NCBI GenBank assembly: GCA_963825315.1
Contig: CAWGST010000001.1
Span: 2,645,460 to 2,709,459, forward strand
DNA length: 64,000 nucleotides
Origin: an uncultured Verrucomicrobiae bacterium
GTDB lineage: Bacteria; Verrucomicrobiota; Verrucomicrobiia; Limisphaerales; Palsa-1400
Direction of reading: 5' to 3'
Made by a program: the position numbers and the translations under genes. How positions within the stretch are numbered: the first letter of the stretch is position 1; each line of letters begins with the position of its first letter. Shown here in pieces: positions 31,181 through 40,939 of this stretch. The notes under the pieces were generated by a model. It was not told the origin of the DNA, ran no database searches, and saw only the letters and a list, made by a program, of their open reading frames with translations.

Positions 31181-31197
31181 AGGCTTTGCTGGATGGT

Positions 31198-34100
31198 CTA
31201 GAACCCCACGACCTTGTAAAATCTTTGGCCGGCGGCGGGTGTGGGGTCCGTAAAATATCCTGTGCCACCGAGAATGGCCGCATTGCCCGGCAGGATCTGC
31301 CATGCCGGGTCGGCCAGGTTGTCCTTGAATTGAAACTGGTAGGTTTTCCCGGGCAGCGCAGGCCAGATGAGCGTGGGATTCTGGCCGGGTGAAGCGCCCG
31401 GAATGGCCTGAACATAAAAAGTCGGGATCATGCCGGCGGTAAAAAGGTTGAAAACAAAAACATCGCTGGCGCGGTTGTAATCGTTTGTCACGAGGTCGGA
31501 GGCCGCGCTTTGAAGAAGCAGAGTCTGTCCATCGCCGCTAAAGAATGGGTTAAGCGACCAGTTATCCGCCGGGAAATTGCCGAACTGGCTCGCGGTCACC
31601 AGCGTGGTCGCGTTGCTGTTCCGGTCATAGATGAAGAGGTTGGGCACGCCGTTGCTGTCGCCCGGCGCCAGATTGCTCGCGTAACTGCGATACGCCACAA
31701 ACCGGCTGTCCGGGCTGATGACCGGCGAATCCGAGACGCCGTTACCCGCCCCGCTGCCGTTGAGATTGTGACTGATCAGAAAATTGGTTTTCGCGAGAAC
31801 ATCAAAGAGGCAAACGTTCTTGAGATTGTTGGTGTTCATTGCGGAGATGGGCGCATTGGTCACGTAAACCAGCAGGCTGCCGTCAGCACTGAAGTTCCAG
31901 GTTCCCGAGGTTAAAAAAGTGTCGGCGCTGCCGGTGGCGACGGTCGAGTTGTTGGTGGGGTTGAAGAGGTCAGCAATGAATAATCCAGTGGCGGTGCTGT
32001 AGGCGAGCCTTTGACCATCCGGACTTATGAAAACTTGCGCCAGGCTGGCCGTGGCATTGGTGTAAACCAACGTGGCCAATAACGAGTTCCATACATACAG
32101 ATAAGTGGACGATGAACCTGCGATTTTTCCAATGAAGGCGACGAAATGTCCATCCGGTGTCATCGCCGACGAGGAGACGGCCGGACTTGAACTTGCCGCC
32201 GTCAGCGCATAGGTGGCGCCCAATTGCAAGTCGCGCAGGAACAGATTCTCGGTTCCGTTTCCAAATGAGCCGGTGGCGAGATTTTGCGCCTGGCTGCGAA
32301 ACAGGACAAACCGGCCATCGCTGCTGAAGACGGGTGAATAAGAACCGGCATTGCCGGGGCCGCTGCCGCTCAGATTCACGCTGACCAGCGTGGTCGTGCC
32401 GCTTTGCAAATCCCGTTCGAATACGTCCACCGCGTTGTTGGTATCGCCCGGCACCAGATTGGCCGCCGAACTGGAGAACACAACATAACGCCCGTCGCCG
32501 CTGATGGAGGCTTGGGAAGAAAAGCCCGCCCCCGACCAACCGTTGGTGGCCACACTGACGAGGATGGTCGTGTCCGAAACCAGGTTCCGAACAAACACAT
32601 CGCGAAAGCCGTTCTGGTCATTGGTCACAAGATTGTCCGCATCGCTCGTGAAGCACACATATTGGCCATTGGCGCTCATGGGAGCGGTGGAAAGAGTGCT
32701 GGGACCATCCGGCGACTGGGATTGAATGAGGGGATTCTGGACCGAAACCAATTCTATCGCATTCGACTGAAGGTCGTAAACCCATGTATTCAGGTAAAGG
32801 TTACGGTCGGCGGTGTTGATGCTCTCGAAGGCGAGAAACCGGGCGCCATCGCTGAGTTTTGGAAAGGCCGCCGGATTGACGCCCATGCCGACGCCGTTGG
32901 TGTCCGAATCCACCAGAACCGTTGTGCCTGCCTGCGTGTCACGGTAATACAGATGGTTTTCGCCCACCAGCGAGTTGGTGGTCAGGTTGGTGGAGCTGCT
33001 GACAAACGCCACGTACCTCCCAGTGCAATCGACCAGCGGCGACCAGGAGCTGCCACTCGCAGGGACGGAATCGCTCAGATCAGCGCTCACCAAAAGATTC
33101 GTGCCAGTGCTCGCGTCCCACAGGTAAACTGCGGTACTCGAACCGTTGGCGGTGGTGTTGGCGACGTTCGCCACGAAGCTTCCGTCCGGACTCAAGTTGA
33201 GGGTGTACATGTCCTCATAAGCGCCGCTCGGAGCGTTGGCATTCGTGTTCACCACATCGGTCTGGCCCGAGAAGAGATGGTAACGAAGGACAACCCCGGC
33301 CGGTTTGGCATAGCCAGCCACACTGACCTCGTAGGCAACCAGCGTGCCGTCGTCGCTGAGGTCATGGCTGAAGCAAACGCCGTTGCTGGAGCCGAAGACC
33401 AGTTGCAGTTGGGAGCGGGCGCTGGCGCTGGCCCAGTAGGTGGTTTGCAGCACGAGATCACGAACGTAGATATCGCCGATGTTGGTAACACCGGCGACGA
33501 GATTGGTGGCCGTGCTGTAAAAAGCCACAAATCGGCCGTCGGGAGTGATGACTGGCGCAGCCGAAGCACTCCCCGCTGTGGTTCCGGTGGACCTGGCGCC
33601 AGGACTGGCCAGAGTGGTTGTGCCCGATTGCATGTCGCGCACAAAAATATCGGGGATGCCGTTCGCATCACCGGCCACCAGGTTGCTGGCGGAACTCACA
33701 AACGCCACGTACCGGCCATCGGGCGTCATGACCGAACTGCCTGAGTTTCCATTGCCAAATCCACCGTTGGTGCTGACGCTAACCAGGATATTGCTGCCAC
33801 TGACCAGATCGCGCATAAAGACATCGGTGGCGTTGTTGGTGTCGCCGCTCACCAGGTTGTCGGCGCTGCTCTGGAACAAGGCAAACCGGCCGTTGGTGGA
33901 AATGCCCGTCGCGAGTGAATCGCCATCGCCACCGCCGTTGCCCGTCTCATTGACGCTGACCAGGGAGGTCACCTCATTCGACCGGTCGCGAAGATACACA
34001 TTCAATCTGGCCGGAAGCAAAACCGGGACGGGATTGCTGTTGCCGAACAGCGTCAGGTTGTTCGCTGCGCTGCTAAAGAGAACGAAACGCCCATCCGCGC

Positions 34101-34263
34101 TGATGATAGCCGGTCCAGAATCGCCGTTGCCACCGGCAGCCGAGGCAAGGGATGGATCTCGAACAGAGATCAAGCCGAACGGACTCGCGGAGGCCAGGGC
34201 ACCGGCGAAAACCATTGAAAGGATCAGAGACGAAATGTGCGAATGCGGATGAGGCGGCCTCAT
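31198..34263 (-). CDS. Large secreted TolB-like/PD40 beta-propeller repeat protein
   Basis: Signal peptide, many ISADGRFVxF / SNLVxGDTN..DVFxRD repeats, C-terminal TYQFQFKDNL..W...RFYKV tail. Confidence 0.85.
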   Translation of the reverse strand: MRPPHPHSHISSLILSMVFAGALASASPFGLISVRDPSLASAAGGNGDSGPAIISADGRFVLFSSAANNLTLFGNSNPVPVLLPARLNVYLRDRSNEVTSLVSVNETGNGGGDGDSLATGISTNGRFALFQSSADNLVSGDTNNATDVFMRDLVSGSNILVSVSTNGGFGNGNSGSSVMTPDGRYVAFVSSASNLVAGDANGIPDIFVRDMQSGTTTLASPGARSTGTTAGSASAAPVITPDGRFVAFYSTATNLVAGVTNIGDIYVRDLVLQTTYWASASARSQLQLVFGSSNGVCFSHDLSDDGTLVAYEVSVAGYAKPAGVVLRYHLFSGQTDVVNTNANAPSGAYEDMYTLNLSPDGSFVANVANTTANGSSTAVYLWDASTGTNLLVSADLSDSVPASGSSWSPLVDCTGRYVAFVSSSTNLTTNSLVGENHLYYRDTQAGTTVLVDSDTNGVGMGVNPAAFPKLSDGARFLAFESINTADRNLYLNTWVYDLQSNAIELVSVQNPLIQSQSPDGPSTLSTAPMSANGQYVCFTSDADNLVTNDQNGFRDVFVRNLVSDTTILVSVATNGWSGAGFSSQASISGDGRYVVFSSSAANLVPGDTNNAVDVFERDLQSGTTTLVSVNLSGSGPGNAGSYSPVFSSDGRFVLFRSQAQNLATGSFGNGTENLFLRDLQLGATYALTAASSSPAVSSSAMTPDGHFVAFIGKIAGSSSTYLYVWNSLLATLVYTNATASLAQVFISPDGQRLAYSTATGLFIADLFNPTNNSTVATGSADTFLTSGTWNFSADGSLLVYVTNAPISAMNTNNLKNVCLFDVLAKTNFLISHNLNGSGAGNGVSDSPVISPDSRFVAYRSYASNLAPGDSNGVPNLFIYDRNSNATTLVTASQFGNFPADNWSLNPFFSGDGQTLLLQSAASDLVTNDYNRASDVFVFNLFTAGMIPTFYVQAIPGASPGQNPTLIWPALPGKTYQFQFKDNLADPAWQILPGNAAILGGTGYFTDPTPAAGQRFYKVVGF

Positions 34264-34395
34264 AAATGATCCTCATTATTCATGCTTTTCGGCTTAACCG
34301 GCCTAATGATGACGGATTGGAGGCCGGGAGACAAGCAAAAAATAGCTTCATCAAGGGCAGGCAATGCCACTCTCATACAGGTTTCCTTTCGCACT

Positions 34396-34545
34396 TGAGA
34401 ACATCGTTCATCTACACATAACTCGCACGAGGAAGCGCGAATCTTTCAATTATTTTGCATTTTTTCTCCCTGCTCATTTGCCGTGCCGCAGGAGCCAAAC
34501 CAGAAGCCTGTGGTCATTTCATAGAGAACTTTTCCAAGGGAATAC
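34396..34545 (-). pseudogene. Collapsed duplicate of the Ser/Thr kinase 3' end plus downstream regulatory region
   Basis: 34396-34504 resembles 38522-38632. 34506-34540 matches 38905-38939 (LGKVLYEMxTG) with 1 mismatch. About 270 bp between the two blocks is missing. Confidence 0.8.
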
Positions 34546-34573
34546 CGGTCTTGAAGGCCATTAACGCGGTCCA

Positions 34574-37500
34574 TTATTGCAGAGCAATGACGCGATAGAA
34601 TCTCTGGGCGCCGGCGGGAGCGGGGTCGATGGCGTAACCCTGGCCGCCGACGATGCTGACGTTGTTGGTCAAGTTCTGCCACGCAGGGTCATTGAGGTCG
34701 TTTTTGAACTGCACCTGATACGTCCTTCCCGGCGTGGTTAACCATGTGACGGTCGGGTCCTGGGCGGCCCCGTTTTGCCAACTCACACCGTTGAAGGTGA
34801 GGCTTTGAATAACGAAGGAGCCATCCGAGTTGGTGGCGGCGGATGAGAACGGCTGGAACGCGAAGAGGTCACCCCATTCGTTGTAATCTCCCGACGCGAG
34901 ATCCGACGCCCAACTTTCGAACACGAGGGTTTCGCCCGCGCCGCTAAAGACGGGGGTCAACGATCGGTTGTTGGCCGGTCCGTATCCGAATAAATCGGGA
35001 GTGAGCAGTGTTGTCGTCCCTGTGAGCCGGGAATAAAGGAAAAGGCCAGGCACACCGTTGGTGTCGCCCGGCACGAGGTTGTTGGCAAAACTGCGATAGG
35101 CCACAAAAAGTCCGTCGCCGCTGATGGTTGGGGAATCCGAGTTTCCGTTGCCCCCGCCGCTGGAACTGTCATTCTGGCCGACAAGAATGTTGCTGCCTGT
35201 GGCAAAACTGTACAGATAAATTTGGTTGAAGGCCCCTGTCTGGCCCGCGACATAAACGAGATATTGGCTGTCCGCGCTGAATTGCATGGTGGCATGAGAG
35301 GAGGACGGCACGTTGCTGAGAGCCATACTTGTCCTGGCGACAGTATCAACTGCCCACGACTGGCTGGTGCCGTAATAGCCGATGCGCGTTCCGCTGGGAC
35401 TGATGGCAATGGGGCCGCCTCTCGTCAATTGGGAATTGGTGTAAATGTTTTCTCCAGACTGGGCGCTCCATAGATAAACGGTTGTTGAACTCCCGGTTCC
35501 GTAGGCGACGTGTAGGCCATCCGGGGTCATCGCGCCTGTGCAGCTCGCCGAGGTGCTGGCAAGCGCCGTGATGGCGCGGGTTGTGCCGGCCTGCATGTCG
35601 CGCCAATACAGATTTCCGGCTGGGTTGCTCACGGAGCCGGCAGCCAGATTGCCCGCTGTGCTTTGAAAGAGAACATAGCGGCCATCGCCGCTGATCGACG
35701 GCGAGTATGACGACCCGTTGCCAGGCCCGTTTCTGTTAGTATTGACACTGACAAGCAGGGTGGTGTTTGACTCAAGGTCGCGCAGAAAAACGTCCCGGGC
35801 GTTGTTGGTATCATTGGCCACAAGATTGCTGGCGCTGCTGGCAAACACCACATAGCGCCCATTGCCGCTAATGGCCGGGCTTGTGGACATGCCATTGCCT
35901 GGACCGGTCCCGTTCGTATTGACACTGACGAGGTAATTCGTGCCGGCAAGAATATCGCGCACAAAAACGTCCCGGTATCCGTTTGTATCGCCGGGAACAA
36001 GATTGTCCGCCTCGCTGTAAAAGGCGACGTAGCGGCCATTTGTGCTGACGCATGAACCGCCAATCTCGCTGGGACCGTCCGGGGTGATCGAGGCCAGCGC
36101 CGGAAGACTGGCCGAAATGAGCTCAGTCGTGTTTGCCGGCACATTGTGAACGAATACGTTGTAAACGTGGTTGCTGTCATTGGCCACGAGGCCTTCGCCG
36201 AGGGATTCGAACGCCACGGCATTGCCGTTGGTGCTCAAACGCGGAAATGTCATCAAACTTTCCGGGGAACTCGCGCCGTAACTGTTCGCATCGATCCACG
36301 TCGTTGTTCCCGCCTGCATGTCACGGAGAAAAAGATTGGTGCCCACGGCCGGAGAATTGGCGGTCAAGCTTGAGGCGTTGGCAAGGAAGGCGACGTAGCG
36401 CCCGGTGCAATCCATGGCCGGCCAATAACAGAGTGAGGTTGCTGGCACAACGCCGCCGGCGTTTCCGCTGGCCAGGGTCGTGGTGTTGCTTTGCGAGTCC
36501 CAGACTTCCACACAGGTTCGGCCAAGGGTGCTCCCGACGTTGGCAACGAACGCGATAAACCGTCCGTCGGGTGTCATATCGAGGTTCCGGGTGTTCAGCT
36601 CGGAGCCCGAGAGAAATCCGAGAGCGTTCGTGTTGACGATATCTGTCAAACCTGTTGCCAGGCTGTAACGGAGGATGACGCCTCCCAGCAACGAGGAAGA
36701 AACCCCGTTGGTCAGGGGACATGCCTCGTAGGCGACAAATTGCCCGTCGTGGCTCAGACTGAAATTGCAGGAAATGGCATTGGATGTGCCTTGCAATGAG
36801 TACATCACAGCATGAGCATCGGCACTGACCCACGTCGTCGTGCCGCCGATCAGGTCGCTGAGGAAAATCTCGCCAGTATTGGTAACTCCGGCCACGAGGT
36901 TGGTCGCCGCGCTGTAAAACGCGACATAGCGGCCATCGGTTGAAATCGCGGGCAACTCGGAACTGCCAGGCGAGCCGGCGACACCGGTGGACTGCGCGCC
37001 AACGCTGACCAGGGTTGTCGTTCCTGCCTGCGTATCGCACACGAAAACATCGGGAATCCCGTTGGTGTCACCAGGGGATATATCGCTCGAGGCGCTGACA
37101 AACGCCACATAGCGGCCGTCAGGGGTCATTACTGAACTCCGGGAAACTCCGTTTGGAGCGATGCCGTTGCTGCCGGCGCTGATGAGTGTTGTCACGCCGT
37201 TGACCACATCGCGCAGGAAAATCTGGCTTGTTCCAGATGGATTGTTTGTGACCAAATTACTTGCGGTGCTCTCAAACAGTGCGAATCGGCCGTTGGTGGA
37301 AATGGCGCTGGGCCAGGAATCGCCGTTGCCGCCGTCTGTCCCGGCAAGGTCGATGCTGACCAGGATCGTGTTTCCATTGGTTCGATCATGCAAAAAAACG
37401 TTTATGTGTGGTGTGAACAGAGTTGGAATGGGAATCCCGTTGCTGCTCATGGCCAGATTATTGGCCAGGCTGGCGAACAAGATATATCTTCCATCTGCGC

Positions 37501-37714
37501 TTATGACGGGTGCCAAAGAATCTCCGCTGCCACCAGCGGGCGGGGCAAAAATCCCACTTGCGACGCTAACAGGCTGGACCGCCGCATGGGTCGGCGGGCA
37601 AAACAGGGCCACGCAAAGCAGAAGGAATGCGACGTATTTCATGCCTGCGCCGGAGAGCATTTGATTGTTGGCCATAATTGGTGTTCTCGAAGGTTTACTG
37701 ATGGCAGGCGGCAT
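34574..37714 (-). CDS. Large secreted TolB-like/PD40 beta-propeller repeat protein (paralog)
   Basis: Same repeat architecture as 31198..34263, with C-terminal TYQVQFKNDL..W...RFYRV. The true start is probably an internal Met near 37640-37680. Confidence 0.85.
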   Translation of the reverse strand: MPPAISKPSRTPIMANNQMLSGAGMKYVAFLLLCVALFCPPTHAAVQPVSVASGIFAPPAGGSGDSLAPVISADGRYILFASLANNLAMSSNGIPIPTLFTPHINVFLHDRTNGNTILVSIDLAGTDGGNGDSWPSAISTNGRFALFESTASNLVTNNPSGTSQIFLRDVVNGVTTLISAGSNGIAPNGVSRSSVMTPDGRYVAFVSASSDISPGDTNGIPDVFVCDTQAGTTTLVSVGAQSTGVAGSPGSSELPAISTDGRYVAFYSAATNLVAGVTNTGEIFLSDLIGGTTTWVSADAHAVMYSLQGTSNAISCNFSLSHDGQFVAYEACPLTNGVSSSLLGGVILRYSLATGLTDIVNTNALGFLSGSELNTRNLDMTPDGRFIAFVANVGSTLGRTCVEVWDSQSNTTTLASGNAGGVVPATSLCYWPAMDCTGRYVAFLANASSLTANSPAVGTNLFLRDMQAGTTTWIDANSYGASSPESLMTFPRLSTNGNAVAFESLGEGLVANDSNHVYNVFVHNVPANTTELISASLPALASITPDGPSEIGGSCVSTNGRYVAFYSEADNLVPGDTNGYRDVFVRDILAGTNYLVSVNTNGTGPGNGMSTSPAISGNGRYVVFASSASNLVANDTNNARDVFLRDLESNTTLLVSVNTNRNGPGNGSSYSPSISGDGRYVLFQSTAGNLAAGSVSNPAGNLYWRDMQAGTTRAITALASTSASCTGAMTPDGLHVAYGTGSSTTVYLWSAQSGENIYTNSQLTRGGPIAISPSGTRIGYYGTSQSWAVDTVARTSMALSNVPSSSHATMQFSADSQYLVYVAGQTGAFNQIYLYSFATGSNILVGQNDSSSGGGNGNSDSPTISGDGLFVAYRSFANNLVPGDTNGVPGLFLYSRLTGTTTLLTPDLFGYGPANNRSLTPVFSGAGETLVFESWASDLASGDYNEWGDLFAFQPFSSAATNSDGSFVIQSLTFNGVSWQNGAAQDPTVTWLTTPGRTYQVQFKNDLNDPAWQNLTNNVSIVGGQGYAIDPAPAGAQRFYRVIALQ

Positions 37715-38501
37715 GCGCGGTCAGCCACAGCCAATCGACATTGGTGCTCGAAACTGGAATACCGGCATAGCCGATCATCACGCCATACGTCACAGGTATC
37801 ATGAGGGATGTGGTCTGCCACTGATGAATCTCCCCATGTCCGTCTGCAAAAGAGATCCCGCAGCCTCCTTCGAGATAAGAAGCTGGCACATGGTAAAATA
37901 ATGGTGTCGCGAATGATACCTCAAAATAACCGTCGTTGATGCTCCCTGGATGCACGTCACTAAAGATAAATGTGTTGCCTGGAGAAGGACAGGTGAGGTC
38001 AGAGCCACGGATATAACACAAATATCCTGGGCTGTAGGAAATCCCAAGCGTCGTTCCCATCTGGCCGTTCATCGAATAGCTCCTGAGGCGCTGTCCGTTC
38101 GCGGAAGGAACGACATCGGCGGGGCATTTTAAAACAGTGATGTTGCTGCTGATATAAGGGAATATGAGTGTGTTAGTGTATAATGAAACATTTGTATTCT
38201 CATTCGCGGCAAACCAGTTTTCACCTGTTATGGCAGGGCACCATCCACGGTTGGCCGGAGTGCCGAGGGGCGCGTTGGGGAGCATAACGTCATTATTATC
38301 ATCCAGGTACATCGCCCAGGCGTTTTGCATTTGCCGCAGGTTGGCGAGGCAGCCGGCGGCGGCGCTCCTGCTTTTTGAAGCGGCCAGCGCCGGGAGCATC
38401 ATCCCGGCCAGCAGGATGATGACCGCGATGACAACCAACAATTCAACCAGAGTAAAGCCTTTGCGGGAATCCGAAGATAAATCCTTTGCATTCATACTCA
38501 T
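37695..38501 (-). CDS. Prepilin-type N-terminal / H-X9-DG domain protein (DUF1559-like)
   Basis: KGFTLVELLVVIAVI, CLANLRQMQNAW..Y, KCPAD, GISFADGH. Confidence 0.88.
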   Translation of the reverse strand: MSMNAKDLSSDSRKGFTLVELLVVIAVIILLAGMMLPALAASKSRSAAAGCLANLRQMQNAWAMYLDDNNDVMLPNAPLGTPANRGWCPAITGENWFAANENTNVSLYTNTLIFPYISSNITVLKCPADVVPSANGQRLRSYSMNGQMGTTLGISYSPGYLCYIRGSDLTCPSPGNTFIFSDVHPGSINDGYFEVSFATPLFYHVPASYLEGGCGISFADGHGEIHQWQTTSLMIPVTYGVMIGYAGIPVSSTNVDWLWLTAHAACHQ

Positions 38502-38601
38502 AACGAACTTGCCTGCTTTTGTGAGAACAAAGTTCTTTTATACATAACTCGCACGAGGCAGCGCCAATCTTTCAATTTTTTTGCATTTATTTTCTTCCCG
38601 C

Positions 38602-39591
38602 TCATTCGCTGTGCCGCAGGAGCCAAACCAGACGCCAGACCAGAAAGATGAGGAAACCCGCCCCGATCGCCGCCCCAAAGACGCCAATCACCCAGCCCAG
38701 CGACCGGCCGGTGCCCCAAATCGAAATTCGCCGGTTGAATTTGAATGAAAGCAGCGCCATCATGAACTCATCGGCCGAACGATAGCGCAACCACGGATTG
38801 GTCCGACACGCCTTCAGAACGATTCGGATGAATTGCGCCAGTTCAAGGTCATCCACCGTCGTCCCCAAATCCGCGGGCAAAACCGGGTATTCTTCCGCGC
38901 GGTTGCCTGTGCTCATTTCATAGAGAACTTTTCCAAGGGCATAGATGTCCGCCTGAGCCGTTCCGGGGCCTTCCGGCGCGATGAAACCCTCGGTGCCGAC
39001 ATACTCGCGCTCGTCGGACATCCCGGTGACCAGACCCACGTCGGCCAGCTTGGGAAAACCGTTGACAAAAATGATGTTCGACGGTTTGAGATCGCGGTGA
39101 ATCAGGTTTTGCCGGTGCAGAAATCCCAGCGCCGACGCGATGGCAGCGCCCAAGCGGATGCATTCCCCGACAGGCAGGCGGCCTCGCTGGCGAATGTCTT
39201 GCGCCAGCGTCCGCGGCAAATAAGTTTCGGCATTGATGGCTTGCCCGGTGGTTACGCCGTCGGCCAACTCCATGACGCAGTAAAAATAACCCTCCGCCTC
39301 GCCGCCCCCGACTTGAAGAATATCCACCAACCCGTCGTGCAATCGCGAAACCGGCTCAAATCTCAAAATGCCGGCCAACTCGCTCAGGGATATCTGCCGC
39401 CGCCCGCCCGCCCGAAAACGCACAATCTTGACGGCGCGATAGGCCCCGAGCGTGTTCCTGGCCAGCCAAACCTCACCGCTCGCGCCGCCGCCGATCCGCC
39501 GAATCATCTGATGTTCGGGAATGGAGACGGGCGGCCGGACGGAGGACGGTGAAATTGAGTCATGGCCGGAAGAATCTGGAGTTTTGTTCAT
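38602..39591 (-). CDS. Hanks-type Ser/Thr protein kinase with C-terminal TM helix
   Basis: IGGGASGEV, AVK, HRDLKPSN, ADVG, GTEGFIAPE, DIYALG; one C-terminal TM. Confidence 0.93.
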   Translation of the reverse strand: MNKTPDSSGHDSISPSSVRPPVSIPEHQMIRRIGGGASGEVWLARNTLGAYRAVKIVRFRAGGRRQISLSELAGILRFEPVSRLHDGLVDILQVGGGEAEGYFYCVMELADGVTTGQAINAETYLPRTLAQDIRQRGRLPVGECIRLGAAIASALGFLHRQNLIHRDLKPSNIIFVNGFPKLADVGLVTGMSDEREYVGTEGFIAPEGPGTAQADIYALGKVLYEMSTGNRAEEYPVLPADLGTTVDDLELAQFIRIVLKACRTNPWLRYRSADEFMMALLSFKFNRRISIWGTGRSLGWVIGVFGAAIGAGFLIFLVWRLVWLLRHSE

Positions 39592-39613
39592 GTCGCGTTT
39601 CCAACCGCTGGCG

Positions 39614-40252
39614 CTAATGCCGGCCTTTCTCCAGAGCCAGGATTTCCTCTTTGATCATGGCCGCAACCCGGTGTTTTGCCAGGTAAACCCGGGGGGCGCT
39701 CACGCCCAGCATCTGCGCGACTTTATTGACAGGCCACTGCCGGAGCGCATAGAGATCAAAGATCTGGAAATGCTCCTCCTTGACCCGGCATTTGACCCGT
39801 GCGATGGCGCTCTTCAGCAAGTTCTCTTTCCATTCCAGCTCCCAGGCGGCTTCATCATCGTCCCCCGCCATGCATGGCATCTCGCCCTGCTCCTGTGGCG
39901 CGGCTGGCCCGTCAGACAAACGGCGCGTTCTCTTTCTCAATTGGTCGGCGATGCGCCAGCGTGTAATGTTGCGAAGCCAACCCTTAAATGAACCCAGGCT
40001 CCGGTCGCACTTGAATTTATGGATGTCTCTGGCCACGCAAATGACGGTCTCTTGAACCACCTCCTGTGCCTCCGTCTCGGTCAAGCCGGAGCGAAGCGCA
40101 ACCGAATAAATCAGCCGCCAATACGTGTCAAAAAAATCCTGCCAACTCTCATTGTCCTGCCAATCATGCAAACGGTTAAGCAAGCTGTATCGGGTGGGAA
40201 TAGCATGGTCTGTTTGCGACCCCATGCTCTTAATTTGCCCGGATTCCATCAC
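39614..40252 (-). CDS. ECF RNA polymerase sigma factor
   Basis: WQDFFDTYWRLIY, EAQEVVQET, GSFKGWLRNIT and region-4 HTH (VAQMLG..VYLAKHRV). Confidence 0.9.
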   Translation of the reverse strand: MMESGQIKSMGSQTDHAIPTRYSLLNRLHDWQDNESWQDFFDTYWRLIYSVALRSGLTETEAQEVVQETVICVARDIHKFKCDRSLGSFKGWLRNITRWRIADQLRKRTRRLSDGPAAPQEQGEMPCMAGDDDEAAWELEWKENLLKSAIARVKCRVKEEHFQIFDLYALRQWPVNKVAQMLGVSAPRVYLAKHRVAAMIKEEILALEKGRH

Positions 40253-40279
40253 AAAAGCAACTCATTTCGAGCCAACCTA

Positions 40280-40939
40280 TCACTTGACAGGAATTTCTGA
40301 AAAATGCGCCAGCGCCTCAAACAAGTCCCTTTTCTCCGGCAAATTGCGGCAGCGTCCGGGGCCTTTGACCAGGCCGTAGCCGATCCCGTAGGCCAGGCCA
40401 TTGACCACACAGGCGTCGGTTTGGTTTTTTTCCAATTGCCGCTCCGCCAGGGCAATGACCCGCATGCGATCGCCTTCCAACTCATATTTCCAACCCACCA
40501 ATCGCGCCTTGGGAAACCAGCCGCGCAAGCGCCCGAGGATTTTCGGCGTGGGCGCCAGCTCCGCCAGCACCGTTCCGCGCCGGGTGGAAATCTTGCGTGA
40601 TTTGATTTCCGATAATTCTCCGCCCGACGCCCGACGCCAGATTTTGCCGAAGGTGAAATCGCTCACCGCCGCCGCATGAAAAACCGCTCCGACTTCGCTT
40701 GAACCCAGCCCTTCCAGACGCCGGCTCAAGTCGGCGGCGGTGGTAAAAACCTGGACACTTTGCGCCTTGGACTCAATCCCGCAGGTTGAATAATGTCCGC
40801 GCAGCAACTCCACCTCGTGTCCATGTTCGACGAGGTAATCGGCCAATTCCGAACCGAGAGCGCCCGTGGAGAAATTGGTCAGGCGCCGGACTTCGTCCAG
40901 TTCCTCGTAAGTTGGCCCCGCCGTGACAATGCATTTCAT
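40280..40939 (-). CDS. CoaB-like phosphopantothenate--cysteine ligase domain protein
   Basis: IVTAGPTYEELDEVRRLTNFSTG, FHAAAVSDF, LVGWKYE; no CoaC domain. Confidence 0.8.
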   Translation of the reverse strand: MKCIVTAGPTYEELDEVRRLTNFSTGALGSELADYLVEHGHEVELLRGHYSTCGIESKAQSVQVFTTAADLSRRLEGLGSSEVGAVFHAAAVSDFTFGKIWRRASGGELSEIKSRKISTRRGTVLAELAPTPKILGRLRGWFPKARLVGWKYELEGDRMRVIALAERQLEKNQTDACVVNGLAYGIGYGLVKGPGRCRNLPEKRDLFEALAHFSEIPVK

